Positions 53,185-61,986 of a stretch of 61,986 nt of DNA are shown here, in pieces. The stretch comes from an uncultured bacterium. Lineage in GTDB: Bacteria; UBP14; UBA6098; B30-G16. Positions within the stretch are counted from its first letter, which is position 1, and the number at the start of each line of letters is the position of its first letter. Where the stretch lies: assembly GCA_965552135.1 (NCBI GenBank), contig CBEVQY010000013.1, forward strand, positions 1 to 61,986, in the 5' to 3' direction. The translations under genes and the position numbers were made by a program. The notes beneath the pieces are model-generated. The model searched no databases and was not told the origin of the DNA. It saw nothing but the letters and a program-made list of their open reading frames with translations.

Positions 53185-54630
53185 ATGAAGAACCTGGCTG
53201 CGCTCCTTTGTGCGCTTTTGGCACTCTCGCGGGCGGAGGACGTAAGGATCGACCTCTGGATAATGTCGCAGTGCCCGTTCGGCGCAAGGGCGGTGGAAAG
53301 GCTTTTTAGCATGAAAAACCTCTTCCCCGAAACGCAGAAGACCGAGATAACCGTCCACTACGTTCTCGACTACGATGCCTCAAGCGGTCAATTCCACTCG
53401 CTGCACGGCAATGATGAGGTCGAGGAGGACATAAGGCAGCTTGTCATCCAAAAGCACTTTCCGGGGCGCTTTTGGTGCTATGTGGTTTCGCGCGCAAGCC
53501 ACTTTCAGGATACGATCTGGGCGCCCGACGCCGCGATCTGCGGAATCGACACCGCAAAGGTCAGGGAGTACATGAGGCTTGAGGGCGAGGAGCTCGGTCG
53601 CCGAGAGGCTGCTTTGTGCGAAAGCCTCGCAGTAACGGCGTCGCCAACGCTCTTTTTTAACGGAAAGCGCCTACGCGACTGGCGCGGCGACATAACCACA
53701 CTCTACATGGTCCTGCGGGGGGAGATGAAAGCCGGCGGAAACCTGCCCCGCTGCTTCGACGACAACGACTGCCTCCCGCCAGACCCCAAATACATCCCGC
53801 GGTGCGTGGAGAACGCCTGCCTGTTCGAGCTTGCGCCCGCTGTGGAGCTTATTGTCGTTGCACCCGACACAACGCTCGGAGACCCCGCGCAGAATATGAT
53901 ACAAATACTCCGCTCGTTCTTCAGAAACCTGAAGGTTCGCTACGTGCTGCACGGCACAGACGAAGCGGAAAGGCTTGAGAGGAAACTCAAGCTCGAGGCG
54001 CTGCCGGCGTATATATTCGACGAGGCACTCCAGAAAACGGAGGCTTTCGGTCGCGTCGAGGAAAAGCTCATCCCGGTCGAGCTTGATGGCAAAAGGTACT
54101 TTCTCGTCAAGCCCACAAGCGTTGAGCTCACGTTCTTCCCGCACCGCGAGAGGCGGAAGGGAGAACTTGTTGCCTTCGTTATGAGCGGCTGTCCGTTCTC
54201 AAAGGCGCTTGAGGAATCGCTCTACGCCACGGGGAGGACGGGAAACGTCACACTTCGCTATCTTGTGTGGCGCGACGAAAGCGGCGCCCTCCACAGCGCC
54301 CACGGACCCGCCGAACTTGAGGAAAACAAACGACAAGCAACAATACAAAAATTCTTCCCCGAAAGCTTTTGGGATTATCTTGCCTGCTACAACGCCTCGG
54401 GCGAAGCGGAGGGATGCTGCAAAGCCGCGGGGATAGATCCAGATAGCCTAAACGCGCTTGTTTCGCTTTACGGCGATTCTCTCCTTGCGCTCGATGCCGC
54501 CCTGTGCGACTCCCTAAACATCCGCAAAACCCCAACGCTCCTTTGGGAAAACCAAACCATCGTAACCGACAGGACGACGCTTACAAAGCTTTTGGGCTTT
54601 TCGCTGGAGGAGGGGCACTGCTCATACTAA
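53185..54630 (+). CDS. Exported protein with two GILT/thioredoxin-like domains
   Basis: Signal peptide; duplicated MS(Q/G)CPF...S(L/A)HG..E..E...IQK.FP..FW.Y...C...SPT/TPT. Confidence 0.65.
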   Translation: MKNLAALLCALLALSRAEDVRIDLWIMSQCPFGARAVERLFSMKNLFPETQKTEITVHYVLDYDASSGQFHSLHGNDEVEEDIRQLVIQKHFPGRFWCYVVSRASHFQDTIWAPDAAICGIDTAKVREYMRLEGEELGRREAALCESLAVTASPTLFFNGKRLRDWRGDITTLYMVLRGEMKAGGNLPRCFDDNDCLPPDPKYIPRCVENACLFELAPAVELIVVAPDTTLGDPAQNMIQILRSFFRNLKVRYVLHGTDEAERLERKLKLEALPAYIFDEALQKTEAFGRVEEKLIPVELDGKRYFLVKPTSVELTFFPHRERRKGELVAFVMSGCPFSKALEESLYATGRTGNVTLRYLVWRDESGALHSAHGPAELEENKRQATIQKFFPESFWDYLACYNASGEAEGCCKAAGIDPDSLNALVSLYGDSLLALDAALCDSLNIRKTPTLLWENQTIVTDRTTLTKLLGFSLEEGHCSY

Positions 54631-55288
54631 AGCCTGTTTTGCATTCGGACCTTATGGGGCACCTATCGCACTCTGCGCCGCGCGCCCGGCAAACCCGCCT
54701 ACCCAAGGTGATCAGATTTATGTGCAGCGAGAAGTGCACCCGAGGCGGAACGACGGCGGAAAGCTTTTTTATCATCTTCTCCGCCGTCGTTTTGGGCGGG
54801 AAGACACCGAGGCGCACCATGATCCTGCGTATGTGGGTGTCGACGGGGAAGAGCGGCGCGCCGCCGCAGAAGAGCAGAAACACCGCCGCCGTCTTGATCC
54901 CTATGCCGGGGATCGAGGTCAAAAGCTCAAGCGCCTTTTCGTGTTCGCAGGCGAGGAGGAAGTCGGCGCTTATCCTTCCGCCGGTGCGCTCCCCAAGCCA
55001 GCGAAGGAGCCCCTTAATCCTTTCTGCGCGCTGCCTGGACAGCCCCGCAGGTCTTATGGCGTCGGCAAGCTCATCGACCGACGCCGAAAGGACGTCCTCC
55101 CACCTCGGGAACCTTTGCCGCAGCCTCTCAAACGCCCTGTCGCGGTTTAGGTCGTTTGTGTTCTGCGAGAGTATTCCCCTAACGAGGGCGGCGACGAGGT
55201 CGCGGCACGGGCGACGAACGGGCGTCCCAAACGCCCCGCGCAGCGCACCGTCGAGGCGAAGAAAATAATCGCCGTCAAAACCCATCAC
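54581..55288 (-). CDS. nth: Endonuclease III family DNA glycosylase
   Basis: ILSQNT, HhH IPGIGIKTA, PVDTH, 4Fe-4S CRARGAECDRCPIRSEC. Confidence 0.88.
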   Translation of the reverse strand: MMGFDGDYFLRLDGALRGAFGTPVRRPCRDLVAALVRGILSQNTNDLNRDRAFERLRQRFPRWEDVLSASVDELADAIRPAGLSRQRAERIKGLLRWLGERTGGRISADFLLACEHEKALELLTSIPGIGIKTAAVFLLFCGGAPLFPVDTHIRRIMVRLGVFPPKTTAEKMIKKLSAVVPPRVHFSLHINLITLGRRVCRARGAECDRCPIRSECKTGFSMSSAPPPAKSPKAL

Positions 55289-56643
55289 TCGGCAAAGCGA
55301 AGTCTATTAAATACCATGCCCGTAAGGAGCTTTGGGTAGAAGTCGGTCGACTTCTGCGGCATTCGCTCGCCCGCCTCGGCTATGCGACGAACCTCCTCTA
55401 TCTTCGTGGGATTCATGTAGAACACACACTGAACCTTCGGGTCCTTCTCGAGATACTCAAAGCCCTTCTCGCGCTCGCGGATGTAGTAGAGGTTCCGCTT
55501 CTCCTCCAAAGCCTTCGCGTCGATGCCGAGGAGGTCCTCGAGGATGAGCTTGTGCAGGATCGACACATCAAGGCGCTTCCAGTCGGAGGAGACGGGCTCC
55601 TTTATCGCCTCGTCCATGATCCGCTCGTCCTTGAGCACAAGAAGGTAGTAGGCTTTAGCTTCCTTGGGCACGAGGACGAACGCGTGTTTGCCCTGGGCGC
55701 CCAAAGCCTCCATGCGCGCCATAGCCTCCTGGAACCTCCCGCGGACGCACCCCTCGGTCAGGATGGGATACTCCTCAACGTCGAAGTTTTGCCTGATCCC
55801 CTCAAGCAGACCTGCGAGGTCGAAGCCCTGCACGCTGTGGACGACGCGGTGGGTCGGCAGGATCACAAGCCCGGGGTCGGACATATTGACGAAGGTCATC
55901 ATCCTGTTGCGGAAGGTCTCGGTGGCGCCGGGCTCAGGGACCAAACCCTTCTCCTCGCACTCGCGCCAGTAGTTGACGGCGGTCTCGTACCTGTGATGCC
56001 CGTCGGCGATGAAGAGGGTCTTATCGCAAAGCGCGTCTCTGACGGCGGCTATGACGTCCTCGTCGTAAATTGCCCAGAGCCTGTGCTCGTTGCCGAACCA
56101 ATCCTTTGCGACGAAGTCGGGCTCCCTTCCCTCGATCGCTTTCTCTATCGCCTCGTCGGCGACGCGCTCGGGGTCGTCGTAGAGCATAAAGATATGCCCC
56201 ACCTGCGCGCGGATGTGGCGCATGAGGTTAAGCCTGTCGGCTTTGGGGCCGGCGAGGGTCTTTTCGTGCGCCTTCACGCCCTTGCCGGGTGGCTCAAGCT
56301 CCGCAAGGGCAACAAAACCCCGACGCACAACGCTGCGACCGTCGACCTCGAAGACCTGGTGGTAAGCGTATATCGCGGGGCGCTGGGCGCAGACGAACGT
56401 CCCGTCCTCAAGCCACCACTGAAGATACCCCGCGGCGCGAAGATAGTAGTTGTAGTACTCGTCGTCGCTGGAATACCTCTTGCCCAAAACGATGCGGATG
56501 AAGTTCCTCGGGTGGCGATTGTAGTACTCCTCCTGCATTTCGGGGGTTATTTTGTCGTAGGGCTGGGTTACAAGCTGAGTCAGGTCGCGCCCGAACCTCT
56601 CCGGGGAGTAGGTTACGCCTCGGAACGGCAGGATTTTCGCCAT
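55285..56643 (-). CDS. DUF1015 family protein
   Basis: MAKILPFRG, PYD, HEKT, IADGHHRYETA, ILPTHR, MPQKSTDFYPKL. Confidence 0.9.
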   Translation of the reverse strand: MAKILPFRGVTYSPERFGRDLTQLVTQPYDKITPEMQEEYYNRHPRNFIRIVLGKRYSSDDEYYNYYLRAAGYLQWWLEDGTFVCAQRPAIYAYHQVFEVDGRSVVRRGFVALAELEPPGKGVKAHEKTLAGPKADRLNLMRHIRAQVGHIFMLYDDPERVADEAIEKAIEGREPDFVAKDWFGNEHRLWAIYDEDVIAAVRDALCDKTLFIADGHHRYETAVNYWRECEEKGLVPEPGATETFRNRMMTFVNMSDPGLVILPTHRVVHSVQGFDLAGLLEGIRQNFDVEEYPILTEGCVRGRFQEAMARMEALGAQGKHAFVLVPKEAKAYYLLVLKDERIMDEAIKEPVSSDWKRLDVSILHKLILEDLLGIDAKALEEKRNLYYIREREKGFEYLEKDPKVQCVFYMNPTKIEEVRRIAEAGERMPQKSTDFYPKLLTGMVFNRLRFAE

Positions 56644-56720
56644 AGCCCTCCTCCTCGGGTTTGCGTTTTTCGCGATGCAAATTTAAGCCTCATGCGGCGC
56701 CGCCGCAAGCGCTAAGCCCG

Positions 56721-57095
56721 TCATCCCTCAAGCGCAACTGCCGCCACGGCGAGCGCGTCCGTGTCCGATATAGAGACGGCTATGCCCCTGACGCCGGCGC
56801 CCTCCGCAAGCTCCGCCGCCCTGCCGTGGAGGATTATCTCGGGCTTGCCGCGGGGATCGTTTATCACCTCCACGTCGCGCCAGCGCACCCCCAAAGCCTT
56901 GCCCACTCCAAGCGCCTTCAGAAAAGCCTCCTTGGCGGCGAACTTTCCGGCAAAGCAGCTTGCCGGGCGCGGGCGTGCCAGACAGTATGCCGCCTCGGCA
57001 TCGGTGAAAACCCGACCAACAAAGCGATCTCCGTAAAGCTTTGTAAGCCTGCTTATGCGCTCTATATCCACGATGTCCACGCCTATACCTATCAT
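56721..57095 (-). CDS. acpS: Holo-ACP synthase
   Basis: MIGIGVDIVDIERI, FAAKEAFLKALG, GKP; ATG overlaps the upstream stop. Confidence 0.95.
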   Translation of the reverse strand: MIGIGVDIVDIERISRLTKLYGDRFVGRVFTDAEAAYCLARPRPASCFAGKFAAKEAFLKALGVGKALGVRWRDVEVINDPRGKPEIILHGRAAELAEGAGVRGIAVSISDTDALAVAAVALEG

Positions 57096-58087
57096 CCCCC
57101 GATGGGCTTGGGGTAGAGCCTGCCCTCCCTGTGGCGTTTGGTGAGTTTCTCCAGCATGTCCTTCGTCATGGAGTCGAGGTCCCACTGGGGCTCCCAGCCC
57201 CACTCCTGGCGCGCCGCAGAGTCGTCGATGCTTGTGGGCCACGTGTCGGCGATCTCCTGCCTGTAGTCGGGTTTAAAATCGCACTCGAAGTGGGGAAGGT
57301 ACTTCTTTATAGCCTCCGCAAGCTCCCCCGCGGAGAAGCTCATGGCGGCGACGTTGAAGTCGCCGTGGTGCTTAAGCTTTGAGAAATCGGCTTCGGCGAG
57401 CATTATCGTCGCGCGGATGCAGTCGGGCATGTACATCATCGGAAGCCGCGTGTCGGCTCTGACGAAGCAGGTGTACCTCCCCTCCTCAACCGCTTTGTAG
57501 AATATCTCAACGGCGTAGTCTGTCGTTCCGCCGCCGGGGAGCATCTCGGCGGAGATGATGCCCGGATACCTAAGTCCCCTCGCGTCGACGCCGAACTTGT
57601 AGACGTAGTAGTCGCACAGCCTTTCGCCGCACACCTTCGTTATGCCGTACATCGTTCTGGGTTTGAGGACAGTTTCGTTCGGCGTGTTGTGTCGCGGGGT
57701 TTCGGGTCCGAAGGCGGCTATCGACGAGGGGATTATGACCCGAACCATGCGGTGTTCCCTGGCAGCCTCGAGGACGTTGAGGGTGCCGCCAACGTTCACG
57801 CGCCAGCAGAGGTGGGGATCCTTCTCGCCCGTGGCGGAGAGTATCGCGGCCATGTGGAAGATGGTGTCTATCTTGTGCTTTCGTATGACCACCTCAAGGC
57901 TTGCGCGCTCCGTGACGTCGACGTAGTAGAACGGACCCGATTCGGCGAGGGCTTCGCTTGTGGGCTCCCTTATGTCCGACGCAACGACGCGCTCAGCGCC
58001 GTAGCGCTCGCGCAGCGCAAGCACAAGCTCGCTGCCTATCTGCCCACACGCGCCCGTAACGAGAATGTTCCTCATCTCTCCGCTCAT
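57092..58087 (-). CDS. SDR-type L-threonine 3-dehydrogenase
   Basis: TGACGQIG, LSATGE, PRTMYGITK, PGGGTTDYAV, PMMYMPD. Confidence 0.85.
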   Translation of the reverse strand: MSGEMRNILVTGACGQIGSELVLALRERYGAERVVASDIREPTSEALAESGPFYYVDVTERASLEVVIRKHKIDTIFHMAAILSATGEKDPHLCWRVNVGGTLNVLEAAREHRMVRVIIPSSIAAFGPETPRHNTPNETVLKPRTMYGITKVCGERLCDYYVYKFGVDARGLRYPGIISAEMLPGGGTTDYAVEIFYKAVEEGRYTCFVRADTRLPMMYMPDCIRATIMLAEADFSKLKHHGDFNVAAMSFSAGELAEAIKKYLPHFECDFKPDYRQEIADTWPTSIDDSAARQEWGWEPQWDLDSMTKDMLEKLTKRHREGRLYPKPIGG

Positions 58088-58102
58088 CGCTGCTCTCCCC
58101 TT

Positions 58103-59581
58103 TCACTGCCGACATTGTTTGAAGTTGCGAGGGTTTATGTTGTACTTCTTCATCCGGTATCGCAGCTTATCGCGCGATATGCCAAGGAGCCTGGCAGCCC
58201 TGACCTGATTCCCCCCCGCTTTGCGCAGAGCCTCGATTATGGCGCAGCGCTCCATATCGGGAAGCGTTTGGGGCTTTTGTGGGAGGGGCACATCCCCTCT
58301 GATCTCCGCGGGCAGGTGCTCGGGCTTTATTGTGCGCGGAGACCACACCACTATGGCGCGCTCAATGGCGTTCTCAAGCTCGCGGACGTTGCCGGGCCAG
58401 TCGTAGCTCAAAAGGAGCTCAAGCGCGTCCTCCGAGATCCCCTCGACGTTGTGCGGAAACCTGCGCCTGAACTTCTCGATGAAGTGCTCGACCAGAAGGG
58501 GGATATCCTCCTTCCGCTCGCGAAGGGGGGGGATGTGTATTGGGACGACGTTGAGCCTGTAGAAAAGGTCTCGCCTGAAGGTTCCCTGCTCGACGGCTTT
58601 TTGCAGGTCTTTGTTCGTTGCGGCAATGACCCGGACGTCGACCCTTATGGGCTCGTTCGACCCGAGGCGTTCGACCACGCCCTCCTGCAGCACGCGCAAA
58701 AGCTTTGCCTGAACCGTGGGTGGGAGGTCTCCGACCTCGTCGAGGAAGATCGTTCCGCCGCAGGCAGCCTCGAACCTGCCTATCCTGCGCTGCGACGCAC
58801 CGGTGAACGCCCCCTTCTCGTGACCAAAAAGCTCGCTTTCCAGAAGCGTTTCGGGGAAGGCGGGGCACGATACCTTGACGAACGGTCCCTGCGACCTTTC
58901 GCTCTGCAGGTGGATCTGCCGCGCCACAACCTCCTTCCCCACGCCCGACTCACCGGTTATAAGCACGGTCGACGGCGTTGGCGCGACGCGGCGGATGAGC
59001 TCCCTTATCCGCTCCATGGGCTCCGAGGCGCCCACGAGGTCGTATTCCAGCTCCATCTCGAGCACCGTGGCGGTGTGGGCGCGCCGGAGCTTGTCGAAAA
59101 GCTTTGCGTTTCGAATGGCGACGGCAACAAGGTGAGCAAAGGCCTCAAGGACACTGAGGTCGCGCCGCAGAAAGACCCCCCGCCGCTTGTTGACCGCCTC
59201 AAGAACCCCAAAAACGCTTCCGCCAAGCATCACGGGGACGGCGAGCAGGTTCCTTGTGGTGAATCCAAGGGCGCGATCGACATCGCCCGAGAAGAGCGGG
59301 TCACCCTCGGGGTCGTTGCAGATGTAAGCCTTTTTGTTCTCCACCACCCACCACGCGACCGACCTGCCTTTGGGCAGTCGGAGCTTTGTGATCTCGTCCT
59401 TTTTGCTGCCCGTGGCGACGACGAAGACGAGGTGGTCGCCCTCCAGAAGCATTATCGAGCCTGCCTCGGCGCCCACGAGCTTGCCCGTTGCCTCGACGAC
59501 GAGCCCCAAAAGCTTTTCCACCTCAAGCGTCGCGTTGGCGAGTGCACCAAGCGAGGCAACCTTTTCGAAGACGGACGACAT
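58103..59581 (-). CDS. GAF-domain sigma54-dependent transcriptional activator
   Basis: N-terminal GAF; GESGVGKE; ESELFGHEKGAFTGA; WPGNVREL; Fis-type HTH. Confidence 0.95.
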   Translation of the reverse strand: MSSVFEKVASLGALANATLEVEKLLGLVVEATGKLVGAEAGSIMLLEGDHLVFVVATGSKKDEITKLRLPKGRSVAWWVVENKKAYICNDPEGDPLFSGDVDRALGFTTRNLLAVPVMLGGSVFGVLEAVNKRRGVFLRRDLSVLEAFAHLVAVAIRNAKLFDKLRRAHTATVLEMELEYDLVGASEPMERIRELIRRVAPTPSTVLITGESGVGKEVVARQIHLQSERSQGPFVKVSCPAFPETLLESELFGHEKGAFTGASQRRIGRFEAACGGTIFLDEVGDLPPTVQAKLLRVLQEGVVERLGSNEPIRVDVRVIAATNKDLQKAVEQGTFRRDLFYRLNVVPIHIPPLRERKEDIPLLVEHFIEKFRRRFPHNVEGISEDALELLLSYDWPGNVRELENAIERAIVVWSPRTIKPEHLPAEIRGDVPLPQKPQTLPDMERCAIIEALRKAGGNQVRAARLLGISRDKLRYRMKKYNINPRNFKQCRQ

Positions 59582-59618
59582 AGCGCCAATTTCCCCGGTG
59601 CGGCTTTGGGAAGCGAGC

Positions 59619-61391
59619 CTATTTCACCTCGACGTCCGCGCCGCTGCGGGGAACGACCTCGAGCCTGCCCTTGTACTCCGTAACCTTGCCCGTTATAACA
59701 ACGTACGCGCCCTTCTCGAGCCTGTCGCGGTCGGCGATCTCGGAGAGAACGTCGTCCCAGATGGGGGTCGTCATGTACTCATCGCCCTGGCGAATCGTAA
59801 CGAGGATGCCGCCCTTTATGCTCTTTACGCGCGTTATCTCGCCCTCGACGGTGACGATCTCACCCAAAAGGTCGTCCGAAAGCTCGATGAGTTGAATCCT
59901 TATGGGCTCCTCCGATGTCTTTTTCTCGGACGCCGCGCCCGAAACGTGAACATCCTCGCCCCAGGTGGGAACGACCTCGAGTCTGCCCTTGTACTCCGTA
60001 ACCTTGCCCACAAACTCGATCCTGTTGCCCGAAGCTATAGCATCCCTGTTGGGAACGTGCCGCAGCACCTTATCCCATATCGGGAACTTCATCTCCGCCG
60101 TGCCGTCGTCGATGGTGACCAAAATCCCTCCCTTGATCTTCTTTACCGATTTTATCTTTCCGCCCACCGTGACCTTCTGGCCGAGCATATCCTTCGAAAG
60201 CTCCGAAAGCTTTATTTTGGGCGCTTTTGTCTCCTTTTTCGCGGGCGCCTTCACCTCGACTGCGGGTCCATAGGTCGGGACGACCTGGAGCGCCCCCTTG
60301 TACTCGCCCACCTTGCCCACAAAGCTTATCGTCGCGCCTGCGCAAAGCGCATCGGCGTTGGGAACGGTCTCGTAAATCCTGTCCCATATGGGGAAGGTCA
60401 TGATCTCGGTGCCGTCGTCCATCTGGACCAAAACGCCGCCTTTGATCTGCTTCACCCACTTCACCTCCCCCTCAACCCTGACGAACTTGCCTTTCATATC
60501 CTCCGTCAGGTCCTTAAGTCTTACTTTGGGCGCATCCTCGGGCGGCTTTTCGCCGACGGTCCACTTGCGCTTGGGGGGCTCGCCCTTCTTGTGCCAAAGC
60601 TCGTCCTCACGCCTGGGGACGAGCCGAAGCTTGCCCCTGTATGTGCCCACCATAGCGACGACGGCGACCGTATCGCCGCGCTCGAAAGCCTCGGGATCGA
60701 CGTTGGGGAAGCTCGAGTAGTAGACGTTCATGTCCACACACGCATCGGCGAGTGGGGAGCAGAGCTGAAGGCGCATCGAGGTGTCGTACCTGCGAACGGA
60801 GTTTATCACCCCAGCCGTCTTGACCACAACGCCCCAGAGGGAATCGGAAAGCTCGGATATGTCCAGCTCAAGCGGCTTTGGCTCGACGACCACAAGCTTT
60901 TCGGGGAGATTCACGATAAGATAGGTGTAGTCCCCCTTCATCCTCACCGTTCCCTCGACGACGACGGTGTCGCCCGGTGCGGGCAGGTTGCCCGAGGCGT
61001 AAATCTCCTCCGCCTGCGCGCCGTAGGCTTTGATCCAAACCGTGCCGGTGCCGTCGTCTATGGGGAAGGAGAGGGATTTTGCCTTGGCGTCGTAGGAGGG
61101 GGTTCGGGTGCAGATGCCCTTCATCTGGACGTAGGCGAAGTTGGTTCTGTTGTCGATCTCCGCCGCCTGGATGGTAGGGACCATCCTGTGCGCCGCCGCC
61201 CACCAAACAAGAACAAGACCAACCACAGAAAAGCCCAAGGCGAATATCTTAAGGAGCTTGGTCGATATCCTTTCCTCTATCCTGGCGCCGCAGTAGGGAC
61301 AGACGCGATACGGTCCCACATATCTGCCGCACGAGGGACAATACGCCCCCTCCTGCCGCGGGTATGCACTTTCGGGGTCGATCCTCTCCAT
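59619..61391 (-). CDS. Membrane-anchored protein with Zn ribbon and five OB-fold repeats
   Basis: CPSC...CPYC, one TM, repeats of V.V.G....DDGT.....G.V.EYKG.L.VVP; SD GGAGG before ATG 61391. Confidence 0.8.
   Translation of the reverse strand: MERIDPESAYPRQEGAYCPSCGRYVGPYRVCPYCGARIEERISTKLLKIFALGFSVVGLVLVWWAAAHRMVPTIQAAEIDNRTNFAYVQMKGICTRTPSYDAKAKSLSFPIDDGTGTVWIKAYGAQAEEIYASGNLPAPGDTVVVEGTVRMKGDYTYLIVNLPEKLVVVEPKPLELDISELSDSLWGVVVKTAGVINSVRRYDTSMRLQLCSPLADACVDMNVYYSSFPNVDPEAFERGDTVAVVAMVGTYRGKLRLVPRREDELWHKKGEPPKRKWTVGEKPPEDAPKVRLKDLTEDMKGKFVRVEGEVKWVKQIKGGVLVQMDDGTEIMTFPIWDRIYETVPNADALCAGATISFVGKVGEYKGALQVVPTYGPAVEVKAPAKKETKAPKIKLSELSKDMLGQKVTVGGKIKSVKKIKGGILVTIDDGTAEMKFPIWDKVLRHVPNRDAIASGNRIEFVGKVTEYKGRLEVVPTWGEDVHVSGAASEKKTSEEPIRIQLIELSDDLLGEIVTVEGEITRVKSIKGGILVTIRQGDEYMTTPIWDDVLSEIADRDRLEKGAYVVITGKVTEYKGRLEVVPRSGADVEVK
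59649..60009. repeat. 43-bp direct repeat within OB-fold repeats (59649-59691 and 59967-60009)
   Basis: GGGAACGACCTCGAG(C/T)CTGCCCTTGTACTCCGTAACCTTGCCC, one mismatch, 318 bp apart. Confidence 0.85.
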
Positions 61392-61411
61392 CACGCTACC
61401 TCCCATGATGC

Positions 61412-61903
61412 CTAAAGTTCACCTCTAAAGTAAGGCAAAAGCTTTTCGTAGGTTTTCTCGAGCGCCTCGGGGATGACCTTTACGTCGGCGATTATCGGCA
61501 TGAAGTTTGTATCGCCGCCCCAGCGCGGTACGATGTGGAGGTGTATGTGGTCAACGAGCCCAGCCCCCGCAACGCGCCCGAGGTTGAAGCCTATGTTGAA
61601 TCCCTGCGCGCCCATAGCACGCTCAAGCGCCGAAACCGAAAGCTGCGATATCTTCATAAGCTCCAAAAGCTCGTCATCCCCGAGGGCGGCAAAGTCGCCA
61701 ACATGCCTGTACGGAGCAACCATAAGGTGACCGTTGTTGTAAGGATAGGTGTTAAGCAGAACGAAACAACTCTTCCCCCGAAAGAGGACGTAGTTCTCGT
61801 CGTCCTTCTCCGGGCTCTGCGTCTTCTCGCAGAGGAAACAACCCTCGCCCGAACCGCCGCTGGCTATGTACTCCATCCGCCAGGGTGCCCAAAGCCTCTC
61901 CAA
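61412..61903 (-). CDS. HIT family hydrolase (Ap4A phosphorylase-like)
   Basis: LWAPWRMEY, CFLC, YPYNNGHLMV, HIHLHIVPRW; TTG start after GGAGGTG. Confidence 0.92.
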   Translation of the reverse strand: MERLWAPWRMEYIASGGSGEGCFLCEKTQSPEKDDENYVLFRGKSCFVLLNTYPYNNGHLMVAPYRHVGDFAALGDDELLELMKISQLSVSALERAMGAQGFNIGFNLGRVAGAGLVDHIHLHIVPRWGGDTNFMPIIADVKVIPEALEKTYEKLLPYFRGEL

Positions 61904-61986
61904 AACCCACCTCCCTTGAAGTAAAGCCACGCAATTGATATATAAATATCCAGAAGACCGTGGTGAAAAACAAGCAAAATCGAACA

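Noticed and set aside
59649..60009. 43-bp repeat pair as DGR template/variable repeats
   Set aside because: Both copies are in-frame coding domain repeats with only one mismatch, and there is no reverse transcriptase in the window
41630..61415. Very long antisense ORFs (e.g. 41630-43615, 45289-46932, 57689-59683, 59334-61415)
   Set aside because: Shadows of real genes caused by high-GC codon bias; no recognisable motifs

Overview
A GC-rich, gene-dense, mostly housekeeping region of a diderm bacterium. The LPS heptosyltransferase-like gene, outer-membrane barrels and lamin-tail/T9SS-like-tail secreted proteins suggest an FCB-group-like lineage, but that is inference. Core content: rpsO-pnp-rplU, secreted surface proteins, LPS/glycosyltransferase genes, maf-rodZ, a lone hslU, an ABC cluster, lpdA, a near-complete dcw cluster (mraZ to ftsZ, no ddl) with MraZ boxes, purL, and a minus-strand run of HIT, OB-fold repeat protein, sigma54 activator, tdh, acpS, DUF1015 and nth. 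Most notable: (1) a stand-alone 23S-5S rRNA unit with its own promoter and BoxA and no 16S; (2) a 752-nt group I intron at E. coli-equivalent 23S position 1951, carrying a single-motif LAGLIDADG homing endonuclease in L8 whose last codons and stop form the P8/P7 ribozyme core; (3) pnp interrupted by an in-frame TAG within a cluster of substitutions; (4) unusual multidomain proteins: GGDEF-STAND ATPase-HEAT, Zn-ribbon-TM-5xOB-fold, HhH-beta-barrel and a tandem GILT-like protein. No CRISPR array, tRNA or transposase was seen. All calls come from manual motif reading; no database searches were run.
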